From a virus (Duplodnaviria; Caudoviricetes): a stretch of 53,488 nt of DNA. The notes under the pieces are model-generated. The model searched no databases and was not told the origin of the DNA. It worked only from the letters and a program-made list of their open reading frames with translations. Each line of letters starts with the position of its first letter. Positions within the stretch are counted from its first letter, which is position 1. The stretch is from positions 1 to 53,488 of the IMG/VR virus record IMGVR_UViG_3300020470_000011, one strand, 5' to 3'. Made by a program: the position numbers and the translations under genes. This document shows, one piece after another, positions 1 to 9,873 of this stretch.

Positions 1-157
1 TTAATGGTTCATGCTTCACTACAGGTGGTTTACCTATTATATCCTCAACATCAGATACTATCTTCTTCTTAGAGATATGATATGGTGTTGGTGCATTTTG
101 TAAACACACCTGTAAACACAATAGTTGCTCATCATTAAATGTAAATGTATGACTCAT
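1..157 (-). CDS. small hypothetical protein, runs off the window edge
   Basis: Hand-translated MSHTFTFNDEQLLCLQVCLQNAPTPYHISKKK...; ATGA overlap with the upstream ORF. Confidence 0.6.
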   Translation of the reverse strand, partial: MSHTFTFNDEQLLCLQVCLQNAPTPYHISKKKIVSDVEDIIGKPPVVKHEPL

Positions 158-321
158 TTCTCTTTACTTCTATTGATTAAAGATATAAACTTATCATTAG
201 CAAATGTCCCACCCAGACACACATCTATCTCATCACCATCTTTCCAATTCTCAGTACCATCCTTCTTAGTGTGTGCTAATGCAATAGTTAAATCATCAAT
301 TATCTTTTGAGTTATCTTCAT
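154..321 (-). CDS. small hypothetical phage protein (55 aa)
   Basis: Hand-translated MKITQKIIDDLTIALAHTKKDGTENWKDGDEIDVCLGGTFANDKFISLINRSKEK; ATGA overlaps at both ends; below the ORF-track cutoff. Confidence 0.7.
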   Translation of the reverse strand: MKITQKIIDDLTIALAHTKKDGTENWKDGDEIDVCLGGTFANDKFISLINRSKEK

Positions 322-500
322 TTAATATACTCCACTTGATAAGGTGGCATCTTCTTAATCTCGACCTCAACAGTTTGTTGAGTGAGTATATTAACAAGTT
401 TATGATATGCTAATGCAGTGAATATTTGAGGTACAATGAATGCCACCATTGCAACTACCCAAAACATATAATAATAATTCTCTTTATTTTGTGTTCTCAT
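318..500 (-). CDS. small membrane protein
   Basis: MRTQNKENYYYMFWVVAMVAFIVPQIF..., one TM helix; start moved to the ATG at 500. Confidence 0.65.
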   Translation of the reverse strand: MRTQNKENYYYMFWVVAMVAFIVPQIFTALAYHKLVNILTQQTVEVEIKKMPPYQVEYIK

Positions 501-834
501 TTTTAGGAATGCCAGTGATATCAGTTGGTAAATCTTCATTTCCTGGATGATCTCTTATCACACCTTTATAATTCTTTTTATTATAAAAATGCTCATCCTC
601 TATCTCTAACTCATCCCAATCATTTGGATAGACTAACAAGTTAGTCTCTTTATATCCATGCATTGTATTGGGATCTTCTCTCCTATTTAAACTGAGGGTA
701 ATATATTGGTCACTAATAAAGTTAATAGTACCCTCATCTCCTTTAAACCTTGCTTTCTGCCCTCTCTTTAATGATTTAAGAATGTTTCTTATCTCCAATG
801 GGATTGCCTCCGCTAAGAATAATGGAATAGTCAT
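484..834 (-). CDS. hypothetical protein
   Basis: 116-aa ORF tightly packed in the operon. Confidence 0.7.
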   Translation of the reverse strand: MTIPLFLAEAIPLEIRNILKSLKRGQKARFKGDEGTINFISDQYITLSLNRREDPNTMHGYKETNLLVYPNDWDELEIEDEHFYNKKNYKGVIRDHPGNEDLPTDITGIPKNENTK

Positions 835-1037
835 CGTAGATGCAACTTATCATAAATTGATTCAATCTCTCTACGTTGTTCCTTAGTAACACCACCATAT
901 TTCTTATACAGTTGACCTTGATAAATGAAAAGTGCCTTCCTTAATGTTTTCTGTTCAGTCTCATTTAATAAGACTCGTATACATCTAGGATCTGATTCTT
1001 GTTGTTGGTTCTCTACATTTTTCATGCCAAATATCAT
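831..1037 (-). CDS. hypothetical protein
   Basis: 68-aa ORF, ATGA overlap with the next gene. Confidence 0.6.
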   Translation of the reverse strand: MIFGMKNVENQQQESDPRCIRVLLNETEQKTLRKALFIYQGQLYKKYGGVTKEQRREIESIYDKLHLR

Positions 1038-1052
1038 AAGTTTGGGTAATAC

Positions 1053-1088
1053 TATTTAACATTATAGCAGATTAAATTAATATTGCAA
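1053..1088 (-). promoter_or_regulatory. sigma70-type promoter plus late TAAATA motif
   Basis: TTGCAA-16 nt-TATAAT with TG extension, followed by TTAAATA, upstream of the gene at 1037. Confidence 0.55.
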
Positions 1089-1793
1089 GCGTTTGTGCTC
1101 GTCTTGATATAATTTCTCGACAGTGATGGGGTCAAACCCTGCTATACCATGGTCCATGATAGGTGGTTCGTTGTTTACCTCATGTCTGGTAAATAGTCCC
1201 TGCCTCACATCTGGGTCCATGAATTTAAATGTCATAATATATCTATTCAATGCATAACGTGGTGTTGGTGGTCTACCTGTGTGTGGTATACGACCATCAA
1301 ACATTACAACACGACCAGGTCTAGGTGTAACTGCACGATGTGCATCTAAGTTATGGTCATAGAATATAGTTTCGCCACCCCATGATGGATCCCACTTGGT
1401 ATTTAAATATATTAATACTGTCTTATTACTTGGCACATCATGTGGTGCATCTACATGAATACCAGGTGTATTTCCAAATCTAAGCACATTAATATAACAT
1501 GCATACATATGGGCACGAGGGGGCAAATTTGGGCATTTCGCTTCCAAATATCCAAGCACATCAAGATAGAGTGGATCATTACTTGCTTCAAGTCCTGCTG
1601 CTTGGAAGTAAGTAGGATTCTCAATAGGACAGAAATTATATAACTGATGAGTCCAATAACTATGCCTCATGTCAACATCAGGTGTATCTGGTGTTGGTTG
1701 CTCATCAGTTCTAATAAACCTATAAGGTAAGTATACTACCTTATACATCAGTTCATCAGATGCTAATCCAGTATCTACTACATCAATTAGCAT
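1077..1793 (-). CDS. Fe(II)/2-oxoglutarate dioxygenase (prolyl-hydroxylase-like)
   Basis: HVD...GGETIFY...PRPGRVVMFDGRIPH...RY: HxD/H triad and 2OG-binding Arg. Confidence 0.85.
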   Translation of the reverse strand: MLIDVVDTGLASDELMYKVVYLPYRFIRTDEQPTPDTPDVDMRHSYWTHQLYNFCPIENPTYFQAAGLEASNDPLYLDVLGYLEAKCPNLPPRAHMYACYINVLRFGNTPGIHVDAPHDVPSNKTVLIYLNTKWDPSWGGETIFYDHNLDAHRAVTPRPGRVVMFDGRIPHTGRPPTPRYALNRYIMTFKFMDPDVRQGLFTRHEVNNEPPIMDHGIAGFDPITVEKLYQDEHKRLQY

Positions 1794-2406
1794 AATAGTG
1801 CACTCCAATAATATTCATTGACATAACATATCTATCATCGTTTGAGTTATTCTTCTCAGTCTTGTGTGTCATCCATCCTGGAAAGAATAATACATCATTT
1901 GTTTTAACTTCAATAGGTGCCCAATCATATCCTTCATCATAATAATCATATACTAATGGTTCACCCATTTTATATGGTTGCAATGGATTCTTAACTAGTA
2001 ACCTACCACTATTCTCTGGCACGTGTAAATATGCAGCAACTGCAATAATAACATTCTGATGATGATGCTCTTCAGTGTATGCACCAGGTGGATGTACATT
2101 TATCCATGATGTATCTAATTGTTTAGTTAAATTCATGAATCTCATTTGTGACCATACATCATCAATGGTGCGGTACAAATAATTCTCTTGAAATTTCTTA
2201 AAACAATCCCAGTTGTGAGGTGGATCTCGTTTACTTATTATAACAGATGTGGTGCCACCATCTTTCTCATGTGTTTGAGCATTCTGTCTAATTATTTCTT
2301 CCTTAGCATGGTCTAAGTAAGTATCAACCTTATCTTTAATAGTATCAAATTCAAAATCATACTCACCCTTGAATATGTAAGGATGTGGATTAATGGGGAA
2401 GGGCAT
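1783..2406 (-). CDS. Fe(II)/2OG oxygenase, TIGR02466-like
   Basis: WINVHPPGAYTEEHHH...YLHVPENSG...FFPGWMTH...RYVMSMN; start at MPFPINPH. Confidence 0.85.
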   Translation of the reverse strand: MPFPINPHPYIFKGEYDFEFDTIKDKVDTYLDHAKEEIIRQNAQTHEKDGGTTSVIISKRDPPHNWDCFKKFQENYLYRTIDDVWSQMRFMNLTKQLDTSWINVHPPGAYTEEHHHQNVIIAVAAYLHVPENSGRLLVKNPLQPYKMGEPLVYDYYDEGYDWAPIEVKTNDVLFFPGWMTHKTEKNNSNDDRYVMSMNIIGVHYYAN

Positions 2407-3079
2407 AATATTTTCTATCAACTGTTTTCTTATAAGGTAATAGATGTTGCATAGGTATACTACACGACAGTCTCTTCTCACTTGGTTGTGCCCAGTGATA
2501 ATGTCTAACAGGAATGTATAACACATCACCTGGTTTCATTATAACATCTATCGCACAGTCTAGGTCATCTTCATTAACATTTAAATTATATGCTAATAGA
2601 TTACTACATCTATTATTATATACTTTCCAATGTGTTTCACCCTCTACCTGTAGAATAAAATTATTAGCGTAGTCCTCATGTACCTTAAATGATTTACATT
2701 CACCTATACCTGCATAGATGTGGAATGACCCCACTATCTTAGGAAAATGCTCTTCTAACTCTTTTAATATATCCTGTCTCTTTCTATCAATCCACTCAAA
2801 CTTCTCAATAATACATGTATGACCTTCAGCAAATATATTCATCATATCTACTGGGTCTGCATGATCTTCAGACCAGAAACGTGGATACTTAGGATACTCT
2901 ATAAAATTATTTGTATTCCTATTAATAAACTTTATATCATAGAATTGAGGATTATTTAAACACCATTCAACATCACTCCATGTAACATAGTCCTGAGGGT
3001 TGTCACATATACCAGGAAAATACTCTGGTTGATCATTTATAGTCCAGTCTCTAGACTTTAGCAGCGAAGATATCATCAT
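2390..3079 (-). CDS. JmjC/cupin-4 (ROX-like) protein hydroxylase
   Basis: FKVHEDYANNFILQVEGETHWKVY...MKPGDVLYIPVRHYH. Confidence 0.85.
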   Translation of the reverse strand: MMISSLLKSRDWTINDQPEYFPGICDNPQDYVTWSDVEWCLNNPQFYDIKFINRNTNNFIEYPKYPRFWSEDHADPVDMMNIFAEGHTCIIEKFEWIDRKRQDILKELEEHFPKIVGSFHIYAGIGECKSFKVHEDYANNFILQVEGETHWKVYNNRCSNLLAYNLNVNEDDLDCAIDVIMKPGDVLYIPVRHYHWAQPSEKRLSCSIPMQHLLPYKKTVDRKYYALPH

Positions 3080-3707
3080 CAGATAAGAAATTTAAATTCA
3101 ATGCAACTCTAAACTTGTGCTCACCATTTGGATTAGATGATGCATGGTATTGATGACCATCAAATACAAATAGTTTATTCGCTTCAGGTTTAACTCTCAA
3201 CCTCTCAGTATATGATTGTGTCCTCCCCTTATACCATCTCTCATCAATATTAAGACCTGAATTTGGGTCATCATACTGATCAAAGAATACAGTATCACCT
3301 GTACAATCATGCAAATAAAATAATGCAGCATAATGATCCTTCTCACTGTCTGTGTGAGGTGCATTATGGTGCATCTTACCGTTATTTAATTGTAATGCTA
3401 ATCTAACTCTTAGAAACTGTACAGGGCATGGCAAGGCATCTTGCACACTATCTAATACTGGTAACCAATGTGATAACCATGGTGACTCAACACCCTCTTG
3501 ATCTAATAATACATGTGTAAATCCTATTGCTTTCTCATCCTCTGGCATGTCCAGTAATTTAGTATCACCAAACATAAAACCATTAGTACTATAACTCACA
3601 TCATCTGATAAGAAATACCAAGGGAATCCATTCATTCCCTTAACTTGATCAAATAAGCGAGAGAGGTACGTTGGTGTTAATAGGTTTTCTACTTGGATAT
3701 ATTTCAT
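3051..3707 (-). CDS. Fe(II)/2OG dioxygenase
   Basis: PHTD...GDTVFF...FVFDGHQYHASSNP...RVALNLNF. Confidence 0.85.
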   Translation of the reverse strand: MKYIQVENLLTPTYLSRLFDQVKGMNGFPWYFLSDDVSYSTNGFMFGDTKLLDMPEDEKAIGFTHVLLDQEGVESPWLSHWLPVLDSVQDALPCPVQFLRVRLALQLNNGKMHHNAPHTDSEKDHYAALFYLHDCTGDTVFFDQYDDPNSGLNIDERWYKGRTQSYTERLRVKPEANKLFVFDGHQYHASSNPNGEHKFRVALNLNFLSDDDIFAAKV

Positions 3708-4329
3708 TATCACGTAGTTGATCAGAGAATAATTGTATATTAAATGATAGAGATATTCTATCATCATCACTTGAACTTGGGTCTACTGCATGCATTAACC
3801 ATGAAGGGAATAGAATAATATTATTCTCTTGAGGTGTAATATAATGCTCTAACTCATTAGCAGGATTCTCGAAGTGATCAAAATTATCTTGACAACCCCA
3901 TGACTCCTTCATACTGGTGTAATTAAAATCTCTAACAAATTTAATATCACCACTACAACATGTAGGTACTTTAACATAGAATACACCAGATAGCAAACTA
4001 CCTGCGTGGTGATGTATGTGATTCTTATCACCTCTAGTATTAATATTAATCCAAAGGTTAGTTACCCTTAAACTAAAATCTCTACATCCAAAATCCTCAG
4101 CAACTGCATATGCCATATGCTGCAGTCTTTGATGAAATGATGCTAATGGTGTTTGATCAATATAAGGTGGACGGAAATCATTTGATTGCCACCCTCCATC
4201 ATTAGATGCTACTCTACCTCTTGGATCTTCATCCTTAACATGGTATGCAAATGCTCTAATCTCATCTAGGTCTAAATCAAATGTATCCTGCCACAATTGG
4301 GTAGGAAATAATAATTCAGTCTTCATCAT
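3649..4329 (-). CDS. Fe(II)/2OG oxygenase, TIGR02466-like
   Basis: LFPT...SNDGGWQS...WININ...HHH...SGVFYVKVP...FPSWLMHAV...RISLSFN. Confidence 0.9.
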   Translation of the reverse strand: MMKTELLFPTQLWQDTFDLDLDEIRAFAYHVKDEDPRGRVASNDGGWQSNDFRPPYIDQTPLASFHQRLQHMAYAVAEDFGCRDFSLRVTNLWININTRGDKNHIHHHAGSLLSGVFYVKVPTCCSGDIKFVRDFNYTSMKESWGCQDNFDHFENPANELEHYITPQENNIILFPSWLMHAVDPSSSDDDRISLSFNIQLFSDQLRDNEIYPSRKPINTNVPLSLI

Positions 4330-4651
4330 TAAATACGAAATCTCTCTCAGTACACTCTGGATCTACATGCTTCTTATATAATGCTAGTGCTTCAACTGCA
4401 CCAGATAGTTTATTAAGCAAGTCTTTCTTAGTCTGCAATTCTTCTAGTGAAATCTTAGTAACTGTTGAGGTGTAGTGCATATTATCTAATGCTTTCTGCA
4501 ATTTAATATACTCTGCTTTCACAGTTTCATGTTGTTGCAAGAAGTTCATTACCAATTCATCAAAGGTAATAAGACCTTCAAGTGGTTTCACTTCCTGCTC
4601 TTCAATACCTGCTTCTTTAGCAAGGTCAACTACTTTAACGTCTTCTGGCAT
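4316..4651 (-). CDS. hypothetical coiled-coil protein
   Basis: 111-aa helical ORF translationally coupled within the enzyme operon. Confidence 0.7.
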   Translation of the reverse strand: MPEDVKVVDLAKEAGIEEQEVKPLEGLITFDELVMNFLQQHETVKAEYIKLQKALDNMHYTSTVTKISLEELQTKKDLLNKLSGAVEALALYKKHVDPECTERDFVFNDED

Positions 4652-5535
4652 TATTCAAACCTCTGTTTGTTTTTATTTAGTGCGAGTACTGCTTTATGTT
4701 TATCAATCCTTTCCTTCAATGATACCATTTCAATGAAGTGCATGTATCTATTATAATCCATGACTTTATTGTTTCTAATGTCCTCATCGTTGGCAGTCTC
4801 AATAACAACCTCCCAGTCCTTCCTATTAAATAGATTCCTATCCATTGGAATCCATTGTGCTAATGGTGTACCTGCTTTAATTAGATACTCACCCTCTTCT
4901 ACAGCATGCCAAAAGAGTTGCATATTAACTTCATAAGAGTATGAAGGATCTACAAATCCTGTTGCCACACTGAACCTTGGTTCAGGATAATAAGGTACTG
5001 GTATCTGCATGAATACAATATCCTTATGTGCTTGCACTCTCCAAGGTAATTCTAATTTAATAGTTTGCTCTGTTACTTCTCGTTGTTGATCAACTAAATC
5101 ACGAATACCTTCTGTCTGCTCTGGCACATGTCCTTTGACATATGTTGGACCTCCAGAGTCAAACATTACCTGTGCAACCCAACCAAAATCTTTCTTATCA
5201 CCAGTCATTTTGATAATAATATCTGCTGGCACTGTTACTACCCAACCTGTATCCATTAATCCTGTTAATGCAGGACATGTTACAGCATGGTTGAATAGTC
5301 CATCATAATTACCATCATAGTTTCCTGATACTTTGGAACTATAATGCTCCCACATATTCTTTAGTTTAACTGCAGGACATTTAGATGTCCTATTATAATA
5401 TGTTTTAAGGGCATCTTCTCTCCATTTCCTATGTAATTTATTAGCAGGAATCCATGGATGTAGTTCTGCTACACCTGGATGTAATGAGTAGAATCTAACC
5501 CATTTCTTATTCTTCTTTTTAAACAAATTAAACAT
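4651..5535 (-). CDS. hypothetical protein, possible dUTPase-like beta-clip fold
   Basis: 294 aa; CPAL..MDTGW, LELPWRV, TGFVD and IKAGTPLAQWIP resemble beta-clip-like proteins; function unknown. Confidence 0.55.
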   Translation of the reverse strand: MFNLFKKKNKKWVRFYSLHPGVAELHPWIPANKLHRKWREDALKTYYNRTSKCPAVKLKNMWEHYSSKVSGNYDGNYDGLFNHAVTCPALTGLMDTGWVVTVPADIIIKMTGDKKDFGWVAQVMFDSGGPTYVKGHVPEQTEGIRDLVDQQREVTEQTIKLELPWRVQAHKDIVFMQIPVPYYPEPRFSVATGFVDPSYSYEVNMQLFWHAVEEGEYLIKAGTPLAQWIPMDRNLFNRKDWEVVIETANDEDIRNNKVMDYNRYMHFIEMVSLKERIDKHKAVLALNKNKQRFE

Positions 5536-7105
5536 AGATATTATCCCTTAAATATTCATAATGTGTTGGTTGCTGTTGTGCCCATTGTAGCATATCTTGA
5601 CGCTCTTGTTGATATTTTGTGTGGATATCATTAATAGCATATTCAACTTCATGTGTCAATTTCTCCCTGAATAAACCTTGACTTAATGGAGAAATATTCT
5701 GCCCAGCAGCAATATAAAGCAAACCTTCAATACGACGTGGATTAAAGAATCTCTTGTCCATACTATCTATCAAATTTGCATAATCTTCTAGTGCTGATAC
5801 AGTAGACCTAGGGTCATTTACTAAATCAGGTTGGAAGGTCAGAGTATCTGTGCAATCTCTCCAATAATCATTATCCTCACGTGAACTGAGAGCATAATGT
5901 AATGCTACAAAGTTTTTAAATCCTTCTAATAGATTGTCAACAGTATGATTATATGCATCTCTATCGAATTTAGTTACCTTACCGTGTCTACATGCTAACT
6001 GATCTGATAAAAATATCAAGTTTTCATGTGTGGTCATTAAACCAGTAGATTCTAATGGTTCCAAGAATCCATAAGATAAACCAATACCAACTACATTCTT
6101 TTCCCATGCTACCTTATGCTTACCATGCTTAATCTTAATAGGCATTAATAGGCATTCTTGGGCAGATTTGGGATTATATCTCTTAGCAAGATATTGTCTG
6201 AATTCCCACTCAGCATCTGCATCACTAATATATTTACTGGAGTATACATATCCAGTCCCAACATTTTCCCACAGTGGTATATTCCATATCCATCCAGCAT
6301 TCATTGCTACACAATCTGTGTAGGTCTGCATCTGTTTCTCTCTATCTGTATAATCAATATGTGTTGCTAATGCCCTATCATTAAATAATAATTTATTAAA
6401 TGGTTTAAACTCTACACCCATATGTTGCTCAAGGAGTAGTGATTTAAATCCTGTGCAATCAACAAATAGATCAGCACTAACCATACCACCATCATCTGTA
6501 GTAACACCCTTGATACTACCATCAGGTCTCTTTAATACATCACCAACGTTACCTTTAACATAATGAACACCATTAGGTATAGCAATATTATCTCTTAGAT
6601 ACTCACCAAATTTACCAGCATCGAAATGATATGCAGTATCATCCTTGAATTGCCATTTTGATCCAGGTATCTCATCTGATATCCTACATTCATCTGCTAA
6701 GTATGTTGACTTATTAATAAACCTAGAGAATTCTTCAGGTGGATATAATTCAGGATGCATACATCTAATCTCAAAGAATCTCATGAGATTATCCTTCCAA
6801 TCACCTATATCCATCCTTCCAAATGGATACTGAAATGTCTCACCATTACCATCTCTAAAATTAGTAAACCCAATAGATGTCTTATAGGTTGCATTACATG
6901 CTGGCATCCAATCTCTATCTTCCAGTCTCAACCTCTTAAGGAACCTATTAAAATGTCCTAGTGTTGATTCACCTACACCAATAGTTTTAATATCAGGTGA
7001 TTCAATAAGACATATTTCTATATTAGGATGCTCTGTGGATAGAATAGCAGCAGACATCCACCCACTACTACCTCCACCTACAATACAAATAGATTCAACT
7101 TGCAT
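5528..7105 (-). CDS. flavin-dependent halogenase (tryptophan halogenase/PrnA family)
   Basis: GGGSSG FAD motif, GVGEST, ATYK (catalytic Lys), WIWNIP, FLEPLESTG. Confidence 0.92.
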   Translation of the reverse strand: MQVESICIVGGGSSGWMSAAILSTEHPNIEICLIESPDIKTIGVGESTLGHFNRFLKRLRLEDRDWMPACNATYKTSIGFTNFRDGNGETFQYPFGRMDIGDWKDNLMRFFEIRCMHPELYPPEEFSRFINKSTYLADECRISDEIPGSKWQFKDDTAYHFDAGKFGEYLRDNIAIPNGVHYVKGNVGDVLKRPDGSIKGVTTDDGGMVSADLFVDCTGFKSLLLEQHMGVEFKPFNKLLFNDRALATHIDYTDREKQMQTYTDCVAMNAGWIWNIPLWENVGTGYVYSSKYISDADAEWEFRQYLAKRYNPKSAQECLLMPIKIKHGKHKVAWEKNVVGIGLSYGFLEPLESTGLMTTHENLIFLSDQLACRHGKVTKFDRDAYNHTVDNLLEGFKNFVALHYALSSREDNDYWRDCTDTLTFQPDLVNDPRSTVSALEDYANLIDSMDKRFFNPRRIEGLLYIAAGQNISPLSQGLFREKLTHEVEYAINDIHTKYQQERQDMLQWAQQQPTHYEYLRDNIYV

Positions 7106-8570
7106 ATAGTGTCTCCTTATAATATTCAATGGGCAATGGCATATCTCTCAATTCATCTTCATCCCATCTCATGTCATTATAATCTGGAACATCATACCCA
7201 AAGAAATCCATCTCATTGTATATAACATCATTAAATGGATTCCATCCATGTCCTGCCATAATACAGAACAATCCTTCTTTTGCCAAGTTATCCATAGAGA
7301 ATTTATCAGCAAAATTAGATGACTCCTCCATAAAACTAACCTGTGCACCTGTAATAGAATCCTTACCTCCATATGGATATCTAATATTACTTACATGCCT
7401 CCAGTATGGTGTATCATTACGATTTGTCATAGCATAATGAGATGCAACAAATGATGCGAATGCATCAAATGTATAGTTACAATGATTATTAAATGTATCT
7501 CTCATAAACTGTGTGACATTCTTCTTCATCCCATCTTGGGAATGCATAACACGTAAGAAGTATAGCAGATAATTATGGATAGACAATAGACCATTTGATT
7601 CTAATGGTTCAACAAAACCAGCAGACAATCCAATGGATACTACATTACCCTTCCATGCCTCCTTCTTCCTACCTGTCTTAAATTTAATTAACCTAAACTC
7701 ATGATCATCATCTACACCTAAATGCTCTTTAAATTCTTGCTTCGCTGCTTCCTCACTTAGATAATCACTACAGAATACATATCCAGTACCAATCCTATTC
7801 CATGTTGGTACATTCCACACCCATCCAGAGGATAATGCAGTGCAGTCTGTCACTGGCACCATCTCCCAATCTGGATCACGACCATGCATACCATATGGTA
7901 TTTGTGTCACCCATGCTCTATCATTTGGTAGATAGTCATAGAAATCCTTCCAAGGTGAATCATTTAACAATGACTTAAACCCTGTGCAATCGAAATATAA
8001 ATCTGCTTCTGGTAAATTATTTACATCAACATCTTCTACATAATGCTTCACACCACGTGGTGTAGCATACTCATCTCTTAACCAATTTGCAAACTTAACT
8101 GCATTGAAATGGAAACCACTGTGCTTACGCAATCTATAATACTGCTCTGCATACTCACCTATTGGTAACCTATTCCATTTAGAACACTTTGCTGCAAGAT
8201 AATAATCATCAGCAAACTTATCATAACCCCACTTTGCCCTATATGCATACCAAAACCAGAAATCAGGTGTATAACCATCATTCCTAGGTACACCAAAGGG
8301 ATATTGCCAAGGTATATCATTAACATCATGAAAGTTTGTGAATCTAACACTAATCTTATAGGTAGCATCACATGCTGCCATCCAATCCTCATCCTGCAAC
8401 CCTAGAAAATTTAACCAGAGTCTAAAGAATTGAGTAGTAGATTCTCCCACACCTGTAGGTGGAATGCCTGGAGACTCGTACAAAGAAATATCCCAGTCAG
8501 GGTATGCCTTGACTAGGGTACTTGCTGTCATCCAACCAGCGGTTCCACCGCCAACAATAACAATCTTCAT
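7095..8570 (-). CDS. flavin-dependent halogenase (tryptophan halogenase/PrnA family)
   Basis: GGGTAG, GVGEST, ATYK, WVWNVP, FVEPLESNG. Confidence 0.92.
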   Translation of the reverse strand: MKIVIVGGGTAGWMTASTLVKAYPDWDISLYESPGIPPTGVGESTTQFFRLWLNFLGLQDEDWMAACDATYKISVRFTNFHDVNDIPWQYPFGVPRNDGYTPDFWFWYAYRAKWGYDKFADDYYLAAKCSKWNRLPIGEYAEQYYRLRKHSGFHFNAVKFANWLRDEYATPRGVKHYVEDVDVNNLPEADLYFDCTGFKSLLNDSPWKDFYDYLPNDRAWVTQIPYGMHGRDPDWEMVPVTDCTALSSGWVWNVPTWNRIGTGYVFCSDYLSEEAAKQEFKEHLGVDDDHEFRLIKFKTGRKKEAWKGNVVSIGLSAGFVEPLESNGLLSIHNYLLYFLRVMHSQDGMKKNVTQFMRDTFNNHCNYTFDAFASFVASHYAMTNRNDTPYWRHVSNIRYPYGGKDSITGAQVSFMEESSNFADKFSMDNLAKEGLFCIMAGHGWNPFNDVIYNEMDFFGYDVPDYNDMRWDEDELRDMPLPIEYYKETLYAS

Positions 8571-8590
8571 AACGAATTATATCTGTGGTT

Positions 8591-8619
8591 ATTATACTAT
8601 GGTGGTGACCAACCGTCAA
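8591..8619 (-). promoter_or_regulatory. sigma70-type (early) promoter for the halogenase/oxygenase operon
   Basis: TTGACG-17 nt-TATAAT, about 20 nt upstream of the ATG at 8570. Confidence 0.75.
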
Positions 8620-9022
8620 CCCACGCATCCCATGCCTTACGACCCTCTAGTTGAGTCTTCTTAGGATCTGGCACAAACTCTGCAATGGTACCTGGTTTAG
8701 TCGTAGTTGCCTTTACATTAGCAACATGATCCTTCCACGTAGTAGTACCATTAACCTGGTCTTTATACATCATATCCAACTGGTCTCCCACATCACCATA
8801 AGCGACATTACGGGCGACTCTTGCTAATTCTCTAAGATCTTCTTGTGTAGACCTATGGATTACCTCACCATTGACCATCTTATGTTCATAAGTTGTGTCA
8901 TCAGGTACTTCCATCCACTTCATATTTGCATCTGCACCTTCATAGATTTCAAATTTGTCTGCGGTATCAACAATATCTGTGATTTGACCGCTATCGCCAT
9001 TAACGATTGCCCATTTACTCAT
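8597..9022 (-). CDS. putative tail-fibre-associated/assembly protein
   Basis: R..AYGDVGDQLDMMYKD..GTTTWKDHV motif typical of small proteins next to marine phage fibre genes; GAAGGAG RBS. Confidence 0.55.
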   Translation of the reverse strand: MSKWAIVNGDSGQITDIVDTADKFEIYEGADANMKWMEVPDDTTYEHKMVNGEVIHRSTQEDLRELARVARNVAYGDVGDQLDMMYKDQVNGTTTWKDHVANVKATTTKPGTIAEFVPDPKKTQLEGRKAWDAWVDGWSPP

Positions 9023-9044
9023 GATAGTTTAATCTCCTTCGTTG

Positions 9045-9052
9045 TTATTTAT
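9045..9052 (-). promoter_or_regulatory. T4-like late promoter
   Basis: ATAAATA in the intergenic gap. Confidence 0.55.
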
Positions 9053-9873
9053 TAACCGTAGTATTCATAGACTACCACGATTCCCTCTCGACCTCTTGCA
9101 CCTCGGTTACCAAACTGAGATCCATTACCACCTGCACCCCATGCACAATGTGATTGATGCCTGTGTGAATAGTTACTTTGGTTGTGTGATGCAGGTTGGG
9201 AACTACCAAAATATGAAGCACCTGCAGCATGGTTGCCATAAGATGCCCAGTTACCATAACCATTACCTCCACCGCCATAAACGTTGAGGTCACCACCTGA
9301 TCCATTACCACCATATCCACCATTGTGTTGTCTGTCACAATTAGCACCTACTCCACCAGAAGCAGAGCAATATCCACCAAATGAGGATGAGTTACCATTA
9401 CCACCACAACCAGCATAGTTAGTACCACCACCTGGGTTTCCTACTGTAACTGATACTGAAGATGTATTAGTAACATCAATCACACGACGTGACATACCAC
9501 CAGCACCAGCAGATTCACATTTACCTGAACCTCCTCCACCAGCACCGATAACAACAACTTGAATTGATTTACAGTTATTAGGTCTATTCCAAGTACCACT
9601 AGATGTCCATACTTGCATAGATCTAAATCCTGCACCACCTCCACCACCTTCAAATTCTGTAGACCACGTTAGTTGACTTCCATCATTGCTGAGGAATCTA
9701 CCTGACTGACCTGAAAGAGATGGAACATTATAATTTGACGACCCTGTAATATCTCCGTTAACATTCAGATTGTTAACCTTAAGAGTTCCATTCGCAGTTA
9801 TCGAACCACTGCTGAAGGTAAACCCTCCCAGTCCTGAAATATCAGTGACGCTAGAAACCTTAAGAACACTCAT
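9052..9873 (-). CDS. glycine-rich fibre/adhesin-like protein, paralogue 3
   Basis: MQVWTSSGTWNRP..V.V.GAGGGG Gly-rich domain ending GIVVVYEY. Confidence 0.75.
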   Translation of the reverse strand: MSVLKVSSVTDISGLGGFTFSSGSITANGTLKVNNLNVNGDITGSSNYNVPSLSGQSGRFLSNDGSQLTWSTEFEGGGGGAGFRSMQVWTSSGTWNRPNNCKSIQVVVIGAGGGGSGKCESAGAGGMSRRVIDVTNTSSVSVTVGNPGGGTNYAGCGGNGNSSSFGGYCSASGGVGANCDRQHNGGYGGNGSGGDLNVYGGGGNGYGNWASYGNHAAGASYFGSSQPASHNQSNYSHRHQSHCAWGAGGNGSQFGNRGARGREGIVVVYEYYG

